A DNA stretch of 53,297 nucleotides from assembly GCF_001194135.2 (NCBI RefSeq), contig NC_068989.1, positions 51,097,034 through 51,150,330 on the forward strand. Reading direction: 5' to 3'. Source of the stretch: Octopus bimaculoides. Lineage: Eukaryota. The notes beneath the pieces are model-generated. The model did not search any database. It was not told the origin of the DNA and worked only from the letters and a program-made list of their open reading frames with translations. Below are positions 25,545 to 36,680 of the stretch, in pieces; positions within the stretch are counted from its first letter, which is position 1, and the number at the start of each line of letters is the position of its first letter. Position numbers and translations under genes: made by a program.

Positions 25545-25930
25545 CGGAAACGAATTCATTTCCTTGCATGTGAGGACCGCATCGAGGAGGAATATGAAAG
25601 CAATTGCAAGAAATATGCTGAGCTACTGGAATTATTCCACAGCAACTCGGGGCAAATGAAGTCCGATATCATTGACCCGATATATAGAGTGTTTTCGGGC
25701 CAGTCTCCTGCAGACCTTGGAATATGCTTGGCATCACATGGGCCATTTTGAAGAAAGTCATCAGGTTGACTCAAGGCTGCCTCAAGGTGGCTGTTGATAT
25801 GAAGGCTGGAGCATTGGAAGGCGCAGTGTCAGAAGGATAGTGTTAAGCGGCCACTAGATGGGGCTTTATCAAACACTAGCTTGACCCTCTGAATGCCTGG
25901 CCCATCTGGGTCGCCTGTGATGCCTGTGTG
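25545..25930 (+). mobile_element. Decayed 3' end of an R2-superfamily (Hero-like) non-LTR element, restriction-like endonuclease
   Basis: EDRIEEEYESNCKKYAELL..SN....I...RVFSGQS ... AASRWLLI*R parallels the Hero-type PWE..EEA.ERK..KY..L...CRGF.GQS..ASRWLW pattern; CTGGGTCGCCTG in the 3' UTR. Confidence 0.6.
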
Positions 25931-26287
25931 AATGTTTCTAAAGTTGAAAGTCTAGAATCACATAATGGCCTAACAAAACAACAGCCACGGTGTGTTCAGA
26001 TGCATCATAGGATGACGTATGTAAACAGTACATATAAATATTGGCGTTTTCTTTTCCGTGAAGTTAAAAGGACATTCTTAGAACAGGTATGAGTCGTCTT
26101 TAACATAAAGTTCAAATCATCCAGTCAGTGCACAATTAGTAGGTTAAAATACAGGTCCATATATGGTTTAAGTTTGATAACGTCAGCGTAACAATTGAAA
26201 GAAACAGTTTAGAGTTTGATTTAAACTCTGTTAACACCAGACTAACTAAAGCATTATACCAAATGCTAAAGCAATGCAATGTCACAC

Positions 26288-26322
26288 CTGAATCCAATGG
26301 CGGTTTTATTCAATAAATATAT
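26288..26322 (-). CDS. Candidate exon (phase 0-2) IYLLNKTAIGF(S/R), continuing the 27234 exon
   Basis: Acceptor aaaatctcattttcacAG and donor CAG|GTGTGA; phase matches the upstream exon, and the joined peptide resembles an EndoU-like motif. Confidence 0.45.
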
Positions 26323-26878
26323 CTGTGAAAATGAGATTTTATTTTCACTTTTGTGTATGTAAACGACAGTTTATTCACTGCACCCTGTAGATATATATAT
26401 ATATATATCTATATGTACATACATGTATATATATATATGTATATATATATATAAATATATATAATTTTCAAGTATATTTCGTAACTGCTACCAATATAGC
26501 ATAAGACCTCACCCCATANNNNNNNNNNNNNNNNNNNNNNNNNNNNNNNNNNNNNNNNNNNNNNNNNNNNNNNNNNNNNNNNNNNNNNNNNNNNNNNNNN
26601 NNNNNNNNNNNNNNNNNNNNNNNNNNNNNNNNNNNNNNNNNNNNNNNNNNNNNNNNNNNNNNNNNNNNNNNNNNNNNNNNNNNNNNNNNNNNNNNNNNNN
26701 NNNNNNNNNNNNNNNNNNNNNNNNNNNNNNNNNNNNNNNNNNNNNNNNNNNNNNNNNNNNNNNNNNNNNNNNNNNNNNNNNNNNNNNNNNNNNNNNNNNN
26801 NNNNNNNNNNNNNNNNNNNNNNNNNNNNNNNNNNNNNNNNNNNNNNNNNNNNNNNNNNNNNNNNNNNNNNNNNNNNNN

Positions 26879-26922
<44 letters not shown>

Positions 26923-27233
26923 TTAACAGCGTTAAATCACTTTAAGAATGTTTGTCAGGTATTTACTACCGATAAGTTCACATTATGTGGATGAATATGT
27001 TTGCATTAATAAGAAAAGTTATCTAATTCCACCAACACACAGTTAATATTTTGAACTTTACAACAATATATCCAATAACATATGAATTGGTTTTAAATAA
27101 AGCTATGTTTATTTATAATTATAAATAACCCGCATTCTTTAAAAATACAGTTTGGACTCATAGAATCGAAATATGAAAGTATCGGATTCAATTGACTAAA
27201 GTGGATCCCATCAACGATGTAGTTGCTTCTTAC

Positions 27234-27340
27234 CTGGCCACAAAAAATGTGTGTAACATGAATTAATCTGCTAAAAAGCTCTACTCCGTGTGGTACATTC
27301 TGGTGCCTTCTGCAGAGGACTGATTGGGCCTGCATTCCTG
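27234..27340 (-). CDS. Candidate exon (phase 1-0) of a putative secreted EndoU-like (bacterial-type) nuclease: xGMQAQSVLCRRHQNVPHGVELFSRLIHVTHIFCGQ
   Basis: NAGNAG acceptor tgtttcacTAG|CAG, strong donor CAG|GTAAGA, 107-nt open frame in unique sequence, HIFCGQ motif. The family call is by recognition only. Confidence 0.55.
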
Positions 27341-27762
27341 CTAGTGAAACATTTATTGGCAGCCTACTAATATGGTAATACCCTACCAATATGATATTAT
27401 TTGAAATTTAGTTTAAATGAAAAACTTACTTCACAAATATATGGAGTTGTTTGAAAATTTGAATTGCCAACTGTTAGCATATAACAAATCCTCATGCAGA
27501 CCTGATCACAATGAACGGTGTTCAAGAACCAAATAAAGGGAAGGCGTTCAATCCCGGGATCATCTTTATTCGAGAAAGGAGAAATATATTTATGTAAACC
27601 AAATGTAGACTGATATAGAGGAATCCCGGACAGACGCGGATACAGAATTTTGCGTATGTTATTATAAATGTTTCAGGAAACTATATCCCTCCAATTTGTG
27701 TTATCTATGTCATCATCTTAAGGTAGCTCTATGAACGACATAATATTTTTAACAGCACATAT

Positions 27763-27921
27763 GAGGCTGCAAGCTAGCACAATCGTTAGGATACCTGGCA
27801 AAATTCCACTAAGATCGACTTTACCTGTTATCCAGGCCAAATAAGTACCAAATAACTGCCAGTTAATGGAATCGACACTCCCCTGATCCGAAGTTCCTGG
27901 CCTTGTGCCAAAATTTTAAAT
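27763..27921 (+). mobile_element. SINE family 2 copy, internally deleted
   Basis: GCTAGCACAATCGTTAG..AAAAT|TCCACTAAGATCGACTT..AAATAAGTACCA..ATCGAC..GGCCTTGTGCCAAAATTT, shared with the other family 2 copies. Confidence 0.7.
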
Positions 27922-28013
27922 CAGTATTTTAACAGTATATGTTTATTACATTAAGACATATGGCAGGATACGTTACTATATATCGTAGGCTAGTAATGTA
28001 TGGAAAACGGGTG

Positions 28014-28052
<39 letters not shown>

Positions 28053-29044
28053 NNNNNNNNNNNNNNNNNNNNNNNNNNNNNNNNNNNNNNNNNNNNNNNN
28101 NNNNNNNNNNNNNNNNNNNNNNNNNNNNNNNNNNNNNNNNNNNNNNNNNNNNNNNNNNNNNNNNNNNNNNNNNNNNNNNNNNNNNNNNNNNNNNNNNNNN
28201 NNNNNNNNNNNNNNNNNNNNNNNNNNNNNNNNNNNNNNNNNNNNNNNNNNNNNNNNNNNNNNNNNNNNNNNNNNNNNNNNNNNNNNNNNNNNNNNNNNNN
28301 NNNNNNNNNNNNNNNNNNNNNNNNNNNNNNNNNNNNNNNNNNNNNNNNNNNNNNNNNNNNNNNNNNNNNNNNNNNNNNNNNNNNNNNNNNNNNNNNNNNN
28401 NNNNNNNNNNNNNNNNNNNNNNNNNNNNNNNNNNNNNNNNNNNNNNNNNNNNNNNNNNNNNNNNNNNNNNNNNNNNNNNNNNNNNNNNNNNNNNNNNNNN
28501 NNNNNNNNNNNNNNNNNNNNNNNNNNNNNNNNNNNNNNNNNNNNNNNNNNNNNNNNNNNNNNNNNNNNNNNNNNNNNNNNNNNNNNNNNNNNNNNNNNNN
28601 TATATATATATATATATATATATGCATGTATTATATATGTATATGCGTGTGTGTATATCTGTATATGCGTGTATGTATGTGTATATATATATATATATAT
28701 TAATATTATCATACATTTGAACTAGATAAACATGTGGAAATCCGGATGTATCCGTAGAGTCTATGCAAAATAATTTTAATACGAGAAGGTGGAATGAACA
28801 GACTTAATTACAAACTGCTACCATTATTTCGGCGCATCACTGCTAGCTGGTCATTGCTGAATGTTGCACATATATTATACTCCTTATTGTATTAATATGA
28901 TCCAACAATGGTTGCATATAGAGACGCCTTCAGGTGAATATGCTGGCATTGTGCCAACATTTCTAACTTCTATGCCATACTGAACAATGCGGAGAGAATC
29001 GTGCTTGTTACGTCATTCTGAATATTAATTTAATACAACGATGC

Positions 29045-29215
29045 GAACTACCAGAATTGTTTCCGCATGGATAAATTCTTTAGAATCCTTAGTTCAAAAT
29101 GCCGCCTTTTACCCTTGTTGGGTGGATAATATAAGAAGCAGTTGAGTGATGGGTTCGATGTAATCGACGAGCTCCTCCTCCCGAAATTGCTGCTTCGTGT
29201 CAATTTGAAACCAGC
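29045..29215 (+). mobile_element. SINE family 2 copy, decayed
   Basis: AGTTCAAAATGCCGCC..GATAATATAAG..CAGTTGAG..TTCGATGTAATCGAC..AAATTGCTG..TTTGAAACC. Confidence 0.7.
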
Positions 29216-31768
29216 ATTAATTTATTACTTTCCATTAATGGAATGAGCTAAACTTCGTAGTATTATTTGGTGAAAACATATCACTACACACGTTTATGTT
29301 GCTTTATCGACTGAAACATATTGCTGTCTATACCAGCCTCTATATAACGCAATGCTAATATGTTAAGCTTTGAACTGCATGGGGAGGCGTAGCCATTTTT
29401 ATCGGCAGGAGAATAGAAATAACAATTTATGACACGCATATACCGATACATCATACAACTACAACCACACGTGAACGCCCACGCTCACACACGCATACAC
29501 ATGCACACACACTCACAAACGCACACATACACACACACATAGTTATGTATGATTGCTAGTATTCGTACATTTTTTTTCTAATTATGCATCTTTCTACGTT
29601 TTCATCCGTTTATTTTCCTATCTTTCTATCTAGCTGTCGCTTCCCACTCTGTTTAAATGTGCAACAGCACTACCCAACTCTCTCTATATAGCACACCCTA
29701 TCTTTTTTCTAACTTTCTGGTATTTGTTTCCAACCCCTTTCTCCTATACCCACCAAATAACTTTCTGTTTTTAAGCTACCTTTTTCCTTTTGCGAGTCCG
29801 TTTTTTTTACCCATTTGATAATTTGAGAAAATTTTGTTTTCCTAATCAAACGGCAGATAATTCCCCCCCACCATTCCGGTCATTAACATGCCAATCGCTC
29901 TGTATGTGTCCCCTCTTGTATATCTCCCTATCCTTTCTAATTAGTTAAATATTACTCCCCTATTCATTTCTCTTACTACTGTTTTCACTGAATACTATCT
30001 CCGACTCCTTATTTGTGTACCTTCTTTTCAATGGAGGCCGCATCCATTTATCTTTCTACTTTCCTCCCTATTCGTCTTCGATTTACCACTTTTCACACTG
30101 TTTATCACGGTAGCAGCCCCTCCACTTCTGTCTCTTTCTCACTCTGTCTCTCTGTCTGAAACCATCTGTCCTCCTCATCAGTGTGTGTCCTTTAGTTCTC
30201 TCTTACCATAACGCACCCTGTTACATTCCATGTGTTTCTCTTGATACCCATTTGTTCTTATTTGATCGGGTTAGTGGTCGATCACTTTGCCTCTAACTCC
30301 TCATTGTCTAAGATATAATTCCAGCACCATCTAATTAAGAAAAAAAAAACAATTATGTTTCCTCAAGAGAGCCCAAAAAGACTCTCTACTTAGTTAACTG
30401 CTTATCGTTTATTCTTTTTTGGATACCTAACTTTGTTGTGCTGTCTTTGTCTACATTTATCATTACGTAACTACCTTTGTACTTTTACTATAAATAATTT
30501 CCACCTTTATATCCCGTTGCCCTTTTATCATTGCATCCTTCTTTCCATACCTCCTGTATTGTATATATCCGTTTATCTCTGCTTTCCTCCCTTGATTGAA
30601 CACCATTTGCCTGTGCCTTCCCACTCTGTCTTATCCTTTCTCTATCTTCATCTGTCTCTCTCCCTATCTACATCTATCCTTTCTCATTTCTATATGTTTA
30701 ATGTCTCTGTTATTAGAAAGAGTAATACTATCTATCTTTTCCTTAAATACGTAATTTTTTTCCATGCTCGCATCCATCTATCTTTTTACTTTCTATCTTT
30801 CTTTGGTTTTGCTTATCTCTCTCATTATAATTCTACTTCAATTTATCAATTCCCACACTATTTAGCTCGGCAACAGCCCTTCTTGTTTCTCTCCCACTCT
30901 CTCTCTCTCCCTCTCACTCTCTCTCCTTCTCTCAACCCTTCTACCTTTCTCATTTCCCTTACTTTATCTCTCCTCCTATAAGTCATCCTAACGCATCTTT
31001 GTGTTTCTGTTGCTAATCGTTCTTCTTTTACAATCGTTTTTCTTGTCACAATTGGTTACAATTCAACGTTAAGGAATATAAATTACAAATTTATTACATT
31101 ATATAAATATCTATTAATACTCTGAGAAACGTACATGTGATGGAACCGTGGGAGAAACAAGGCACCACGAAAATGCACTGCGAATCTGTATTTCTAAGGT
31201 AGACCAATTCTTGGAAAATAACGCTAGACCGAAATACAAAATTAAGATAACATTCGAGATGAGGGATAATGAAGTCGGTGGTGATCGCAGTGATGATGAT
31301 GACTGTAGCCGTAACATTGGTGAAGTTGGTGGCAGCAGTCATAGATGTGCTGAAGATCGTCTATATGGCCATAGATACTGTTAAGATGACAGAAATATTG
31401 ATCCTCCTCGAGGTAAAAAGAATGACAAAAATGATGGATCAGGATAGTGATGGCAATGACGATGATGACGATGATTATGAGGTAGATTTTTACGTATGCC
31501 GTTAGGTTGTTTAGGATAATAACGGCGATAATCGTGAGAGTGAAGAATAACGATCCCATGATATCCATGTGGATGATGCAATAGAATATAAAAAAGTTGA
31601 AATAGAAGAAAGTGGGAAGGAAATGAGAAAAGAAAAAAACGCGCAAGACCTAAAGAAGCCATAATTTTAGTCATTAGATTTAATATTAGTATTAGTTGTA
31701 TATGTTGGAGTACAAAAAAGATTAGCAGCAATAGTTCCATCTACAGAATGGGTGCTACTATTAGCGTT

Positions 31769-31990
31769 TTCTAATTTTGGTGCGAGGTCAGCGATTTAGA
31801 AATAGGGGTAAATGAATTACATCGATTTCATAATCAACTGGCTCTTATTTCCTCACCAGCTCCACCAAATAGACGAAAGACAATGCTGACTGAAGTAAAA
31901 TTTCAACTCAGAACATAAAGGCCGAGAAAATGAATGTTTTTGTTCTTTAATATGGAGGTATTTCTCTAGTGCCCTCGCTACATCCCCTTG
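31769..31990 (-). mobile_element. SINE family 2 copy
   Basis: The reverse complement shows TTCTGAGTTGAAAATT..ATAAGAGCCAGTTGA..ATCGATGTAATT..GACCTCGCACCAAAATTAG. Confidence 0.65.
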
Positions 31991-32095
31991 CCAAGGTTTC
32001 AGTTATATTTCAACATCTCTTAATCTTCACTTGCCTTAGGGTGCTGGGTATCCCGGTAAATGATTGCATCAAACATGCAGATTAAAATGATCAAC

Positions 32096-32099
32096 AGTG

Positions 32100-32160
<61 letters not shown>
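32096..32160. repeat. (AAT)n microsatellite directly 5' of an R4/Dong-like fragment
   Basis: Directly visible. Confidence 0.95.
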
Positions 32161-32163
<3 letters not shown>

Positions 32164-32690
32164 CCAGGAAATAGAATTGCTAAGATCCTATGGGATTTTA
32201 TGATTCAGTGCGACCATGAGATAGAGAATAGGAAACCGGACGTAGTCTTAATTGAGAAAGACAACAAACTATGCTGGATCATAGATATAGCATGCCAAAC
32301 TGGCATAAAGGTATGCGATAAGAAAAAAAGAAGTCAAGAGATATGAGAGGTTCGCTTGGAAAGTTATGTAGTTGTGGTCGATGAAAAAGGTAGCAGCAGT
32401 ACCAATAATTGTCGGAGCCCTTGGAACAGTGAACAAAAATCTCTAGAAGTACGTGGAACAAATAGGGGCTGTAATAAGGGTGGAGTACTTGCAGAAAACA
32501 GCACTGCTTGGAACCGCTCCAATACTCAAAAGACGTTAAGGCGGAGAAATCATCAAGTGAGAGTTTCAACACAGAGTAGGGACACTTTAGCCCCCAAATT
32601 AACACACAAAAATCCTCAAGTGAGCGCTTGGGGACAGATAAGGAACACTGTAACTCATCAAAGATCAAGACAAGTTCAAGTAAATGTGTA
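32161..32690 (+). mobile_element. 5'-truncated R4/Dong-like non-LTR element (family A): RLE domain plus 3' UTR
   Basis: AKILWDFMIQCDHEIENRKPDVVLIEKDNKLCWIIDIAC...VPIIVGALGTVNKNL..YVEQIG..EYLQKTALLGTA.IL. Confidence 0.85.
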
Positions 32691-32829
32691 AGATAATGCT
32701 TTAGTAAACATTTTCCTCGCTGAATATGACAATGTACGGATTATAGATTACAATTTGATAGCGACTTAGGAAAATCTATCGAAAGTAACATTCCGTTATC
32801 ATACCGTTTTCATTACTGCAGCAGTTTGG

Positions 32830-35448
32830 ATGATTATATATGCTCACATCGATATTCATAGTACCGAAATACCTGACAAGCAACGAAATCTGAGGCTATT
32901 CAACTCAGTAATGGCACGTAATATTCAAGGTCTGTGCGGTGTTTTCAACTGCCGAAGTCCGTGTATGGAAACCATGAGAGACAGAGCTCGGTGTACTAAG
33001 GAAATTTCAAAACCCTTCAGTCAGCCCTCTATATACTGAGAGATAGCTACTCGATGTATCGCAGAAGAAATCCAGCATACGGTGGAAGAACCAATAAAAT
33101 TTATGTTAAGCATCTGACAGATTTTGCGATGAGTTTTTTCTTAAACATATACTGATGAATATTTTAGTGACTTACACTGACTATTTACTTACGTTTAATA
33201 TTTTCTTCACAGGTCGACAATTTTTGGATACTGCCATACAATCGATATCTTACAATAAAATACAGCACCCACATCAACGTCGAGGTCGTACACTCCGTCC
33301 AATCAGTGAAGTGCTTATACAATTACATTACAAAAGGACAAGATCGAATCATCTTCTCAACATCGGAAACAGGACGGCCAATTCCCGTATTAAACGAAAT
33401 TGAAAACTTCGTAAACGCTCGATACATCTCAGCAAGTGAAGCATTCTAGAAGTTGTATGGAGTTTTCATACACCAAAAGCTACCATGTCATTTACCTGAT
33501 GAGCAGACTGTACGATTCGACTCGATTTCTGTCGCTGCGGCTGTGGACCGCGGACAACCGATAACTAAATTGACAGCTTATTTTCAAACAAAGAAACACA
33601 ACGAAAAAACCCGACAGATTTTATACCACGATTTTCCTAAATATTACATCTGAAACAATAAAACCATGTCGTGGCCAAACGTAAACGTGGTACAACAGAT
33701 GATCGTGGGGACGTCAAATCTGATACTATCGGATGAATCCCAACCATATCATATAATGCTCATCAGTCAGAACTGTTTCGCCTTCGGATACTCCTTCACC
33801 ATAGTAAGGGTGAGATTAGCTTTGATGAACTGAAGACCATGGAAGGAAATGTATGTTCAATATATCAGGAGGCATGCATGAAAGATGGACTGATATCGGA
33901 CGACCAAGTAATACACCGTGCAATGGAGGAGGCAGTCAATATTCGCTTCGGAGATCACGCGACCTCTTCGCCATCGTGTTAATTTAGTACCGGCCACCTG
34001 ATCCGATTACCTTTTGGGAAGAGCGGAAAACTGAATTAGGATGAAACCTCATGCAAAGAAACAACATTAAAGATCTTACCTCTCGCATTGAAAATTAAAT
34101 ATTGATTCGTCTGCAGGAGTGACTGCAAAGGGATGAACTTGACTTCGACGAACTTGCTTCAACCTGAATATAACGAAAGCAGTAAACTGATGCCAAAGAG
34201 TATCGTAGAAGAATGTAACTATGACACAGAGTGTCTTCCAATAATGTCTACTAACGTCTACGATACACTAAAATCTGACCCAAAATAGAGATTTGATATG
34301 GCTGTAAACTCAGTTTTACAACAACAGGAAAACAAGGTTTTCGTCTTGAGCACAAATGGTGGAACTGGCAAAACATATCTTATCAATGTCATCATAGATT
34401 TTCGGAGAAAACAATCGTACTCGCCACATCTCTATGCGGGATTGCGGCAACATTGCTGCACAATGGCCGGACATATCATTCTCGGTTCAAAGTGCCCATA
34501 AACATAACACCAGAGTCCTGCTGCAATGTGTCATCCCAGGATGTCACTGCACAACTCTTCAGAATGAGCAGTCTAATAATTGCTGATGAAGTCAACCAAT
34601 GTGACAACCTCATATACAATTATTTGGATCGTTCCCTATGCGATATCAGAGCGAACGAATCCCCGTTTGGAGGACTGTGTATAGGAAAATGGAAGCAGAT
34701 TCGACCTGTCGTTAAACATGGTAGTCGAGCCCAAATAGGACAAGCCACTTTCAAAACATTGTACATCTGGAGGTTTGTGACGGAGTTGAATTTAAAGAAA
34801 AACGTTATGGTACCAAATTCTTCAGATGTAACATTCGTAACCTATTTAATCGACATCGGTTCCGGACAATGTTCATTCTCCGACCACTGAGGGATGTGAT
34901 TCAAATTAGGTCAGATTTTGTACTCGAAACGTATCTATTTCCGAAATATGCAAATTCGTTTTTAATGATTTAAGTGAAAGCTACAAGATTTTTTTGAACA
35001 ACTTAAATCCATCGGAATTGCCACTCAATAAAATCAAATTGAAAAGAACAGTCTGATAATGCTCCTTAGGATTTTGACCCTGCCAATGGACACTGCAATG
35101 GAACAACATACACGGTAGTAGAACTAAATTCCAATGTTATTGAAGCAGTGATTACAGTTTCCGTTCCAATTAAGACGCAGACAATTTCCTATGGTACTGG
35201 CATTCTCATTAACAGAAGACAAGGCAAAGGACCAAACTTTGATCGTGTAGGTGTATTTTATCCACTCCAATGTTTACATACGGGCAGTTATATGTCACTA
35301 TGTGTAGAGCTTGTGTACTCCAATAGCTTGAGAATTAGTGTAATCATATTGATATTAAAATCCATTTTGACATTGCTCAATAACATACTGCTGTTATGAT
35401 TTCCCTCCCTCATTTTATGCCTCCATCGTAGATGGGTAGATTAGCTGG
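32830..35448 (+). mobile_element. Helitron remnant: Rep-helicase pseudogene plus probable 3' terminus
   Basis: Rep: EIPD..CG..SPCM..YRRR..VDNFWILPYN..HINVEVVHSVQSVK..YITKGQD..NARYISASEA. Helicase: GGTGKTYLIN, ATLLHNGRTYHSRFKVP, IIADE, PFGG, MLL..DPANGHCNGT, FDRVGV. Hairpin CCATC-GTA-GATGG (35423-35435) lies upstream of CTGG (35445-35448). Confidence 0.9.
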
Positions 35449-35477
35449 CAACAACAACAACAACAACAACAAAAAAC

Positions 35478-35510
<33 letters not shown>

Positions 35511-36545
35511 CATTGGACTGATAAGTGTGGAAGACTGCGTGCGTATCGTACTCAAGAGCTTCGTGAGATGCCTAGCCAAAGTAGGAAACCTTGCTAGTGA
35601 CAGCTAGGAAGGAGGGAGTATTGAGAGTAGAGAAAAAAAAAGGACAACAAAGGAAGAAGTACAAACAGGACATGGAAAAGAATTACGTAAGAAGGGAATA
35701 CACAATCAATTCCATGTAGCAACAGCAAGAGTTGGGAAAGACGGATGGGATTTACTGATGAAAATAACCCTAAAAAAATATAAATAAACAGACCGCGAGC
35801 ACTATACTAGCAGCGCAGGAATAAGCTCTGGCCACGAAATCGAGATTCAACTTTAGGAATGAGAAAGTGTCTCCGCTGTGCCGCATCAGCAATAAATTGG
35901 ATGAAACCATTACCCACGTCACGAATGAATGCCCTAGACATACCTAAGACTTCAACGAGTTGTGACATCATGATCAGGCAGCAAAAGAGCTACATTGGAA
36001 ACTGTGCAAAAGGTGGGGGGTTAGTGAGTGGAAAGACGTGGTATGAGCACAAACCGCAAAGAGTGGACGAGTCGGACACTAGCAACATTCTCTGGGATTT
36101 CACAATCCAAACAGATCAGGTGCTGGAACATAAAAGACCATGCATAGTGGTGGTGGACAAGGTGTACTTCATATGCTCTATAGTTGATCTTTAATGCCCC
36201 TTTGACCCACAAATAGTCAAGATGGAAGGCGAAAAGATGGATAAATACAACCCTCTTAAGTACGAAATAGCCCGAGTATGGAAAATTAAGAGGAAGTTAT
36301 TGCCAATTATTGTTCGGCCCTGGGAACAGTACCAGAAGGCATCAAGAGGACTATAAAGAAGATTGAAATAGAGTACTTAGTAGAGTTGTTACAAAAGGTT
36401 TGCCTCCTTGGCAAGGCTAGAATAATTAAGAAAGTATTAGATAACTGAAAATAACGAATAGCATGGTAGGGTAGCCTGCAGGTGGTAAGCCCACTTCGTA
36501 TGCAAGACTCTAGGAGCTCCAACAAATCCGGTGATAAGAGAAAAA
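35511..36545 (+). mobile_element. 5'-truncated R4/Dong-like non-LTR element (family B), directly after (AAC)n(AAT)n
   Basis: GLISVEDCV; ILAAQE; WYEHKPQRV..ILWDFTIQTDQVLEHKRPCIVVVDK; KY..LKYEIARVW; ALGTVP; LLQKVCLLGKARIIKKVL. Confidence 0.85.
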
Positions 36546-36561
36546 GAAAAAAAACTATATC

Positions 36562-36680
36562 TTCATATTTTGCCACAAGTGAAGGAATGAGTCAATTGCA
36601 TCGACCCCACTATTCAACTGGTACTTATTTTATCGGTCCCGAAAGCATAAAAGGTAAAGTCGACCTCGGCGGAATTTTAA
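36562..36680 (-). mobile_element. SINE family 2 3' half
   Basis: Reverse complement AAATTCCGCCGAGGTCGACTTTACCTTT..GGGACCGATAAAATAAGTACCAGTTGAATAGTGGGGTCGATGCAATTGAC. Confidence 0.8.

Noticed and set aside
30433-31740. ORFs of 119-182 aa
   Set aside because: Pyrimidine-rich and degenerate (GAT)n low-complexity sequence with no motifs.
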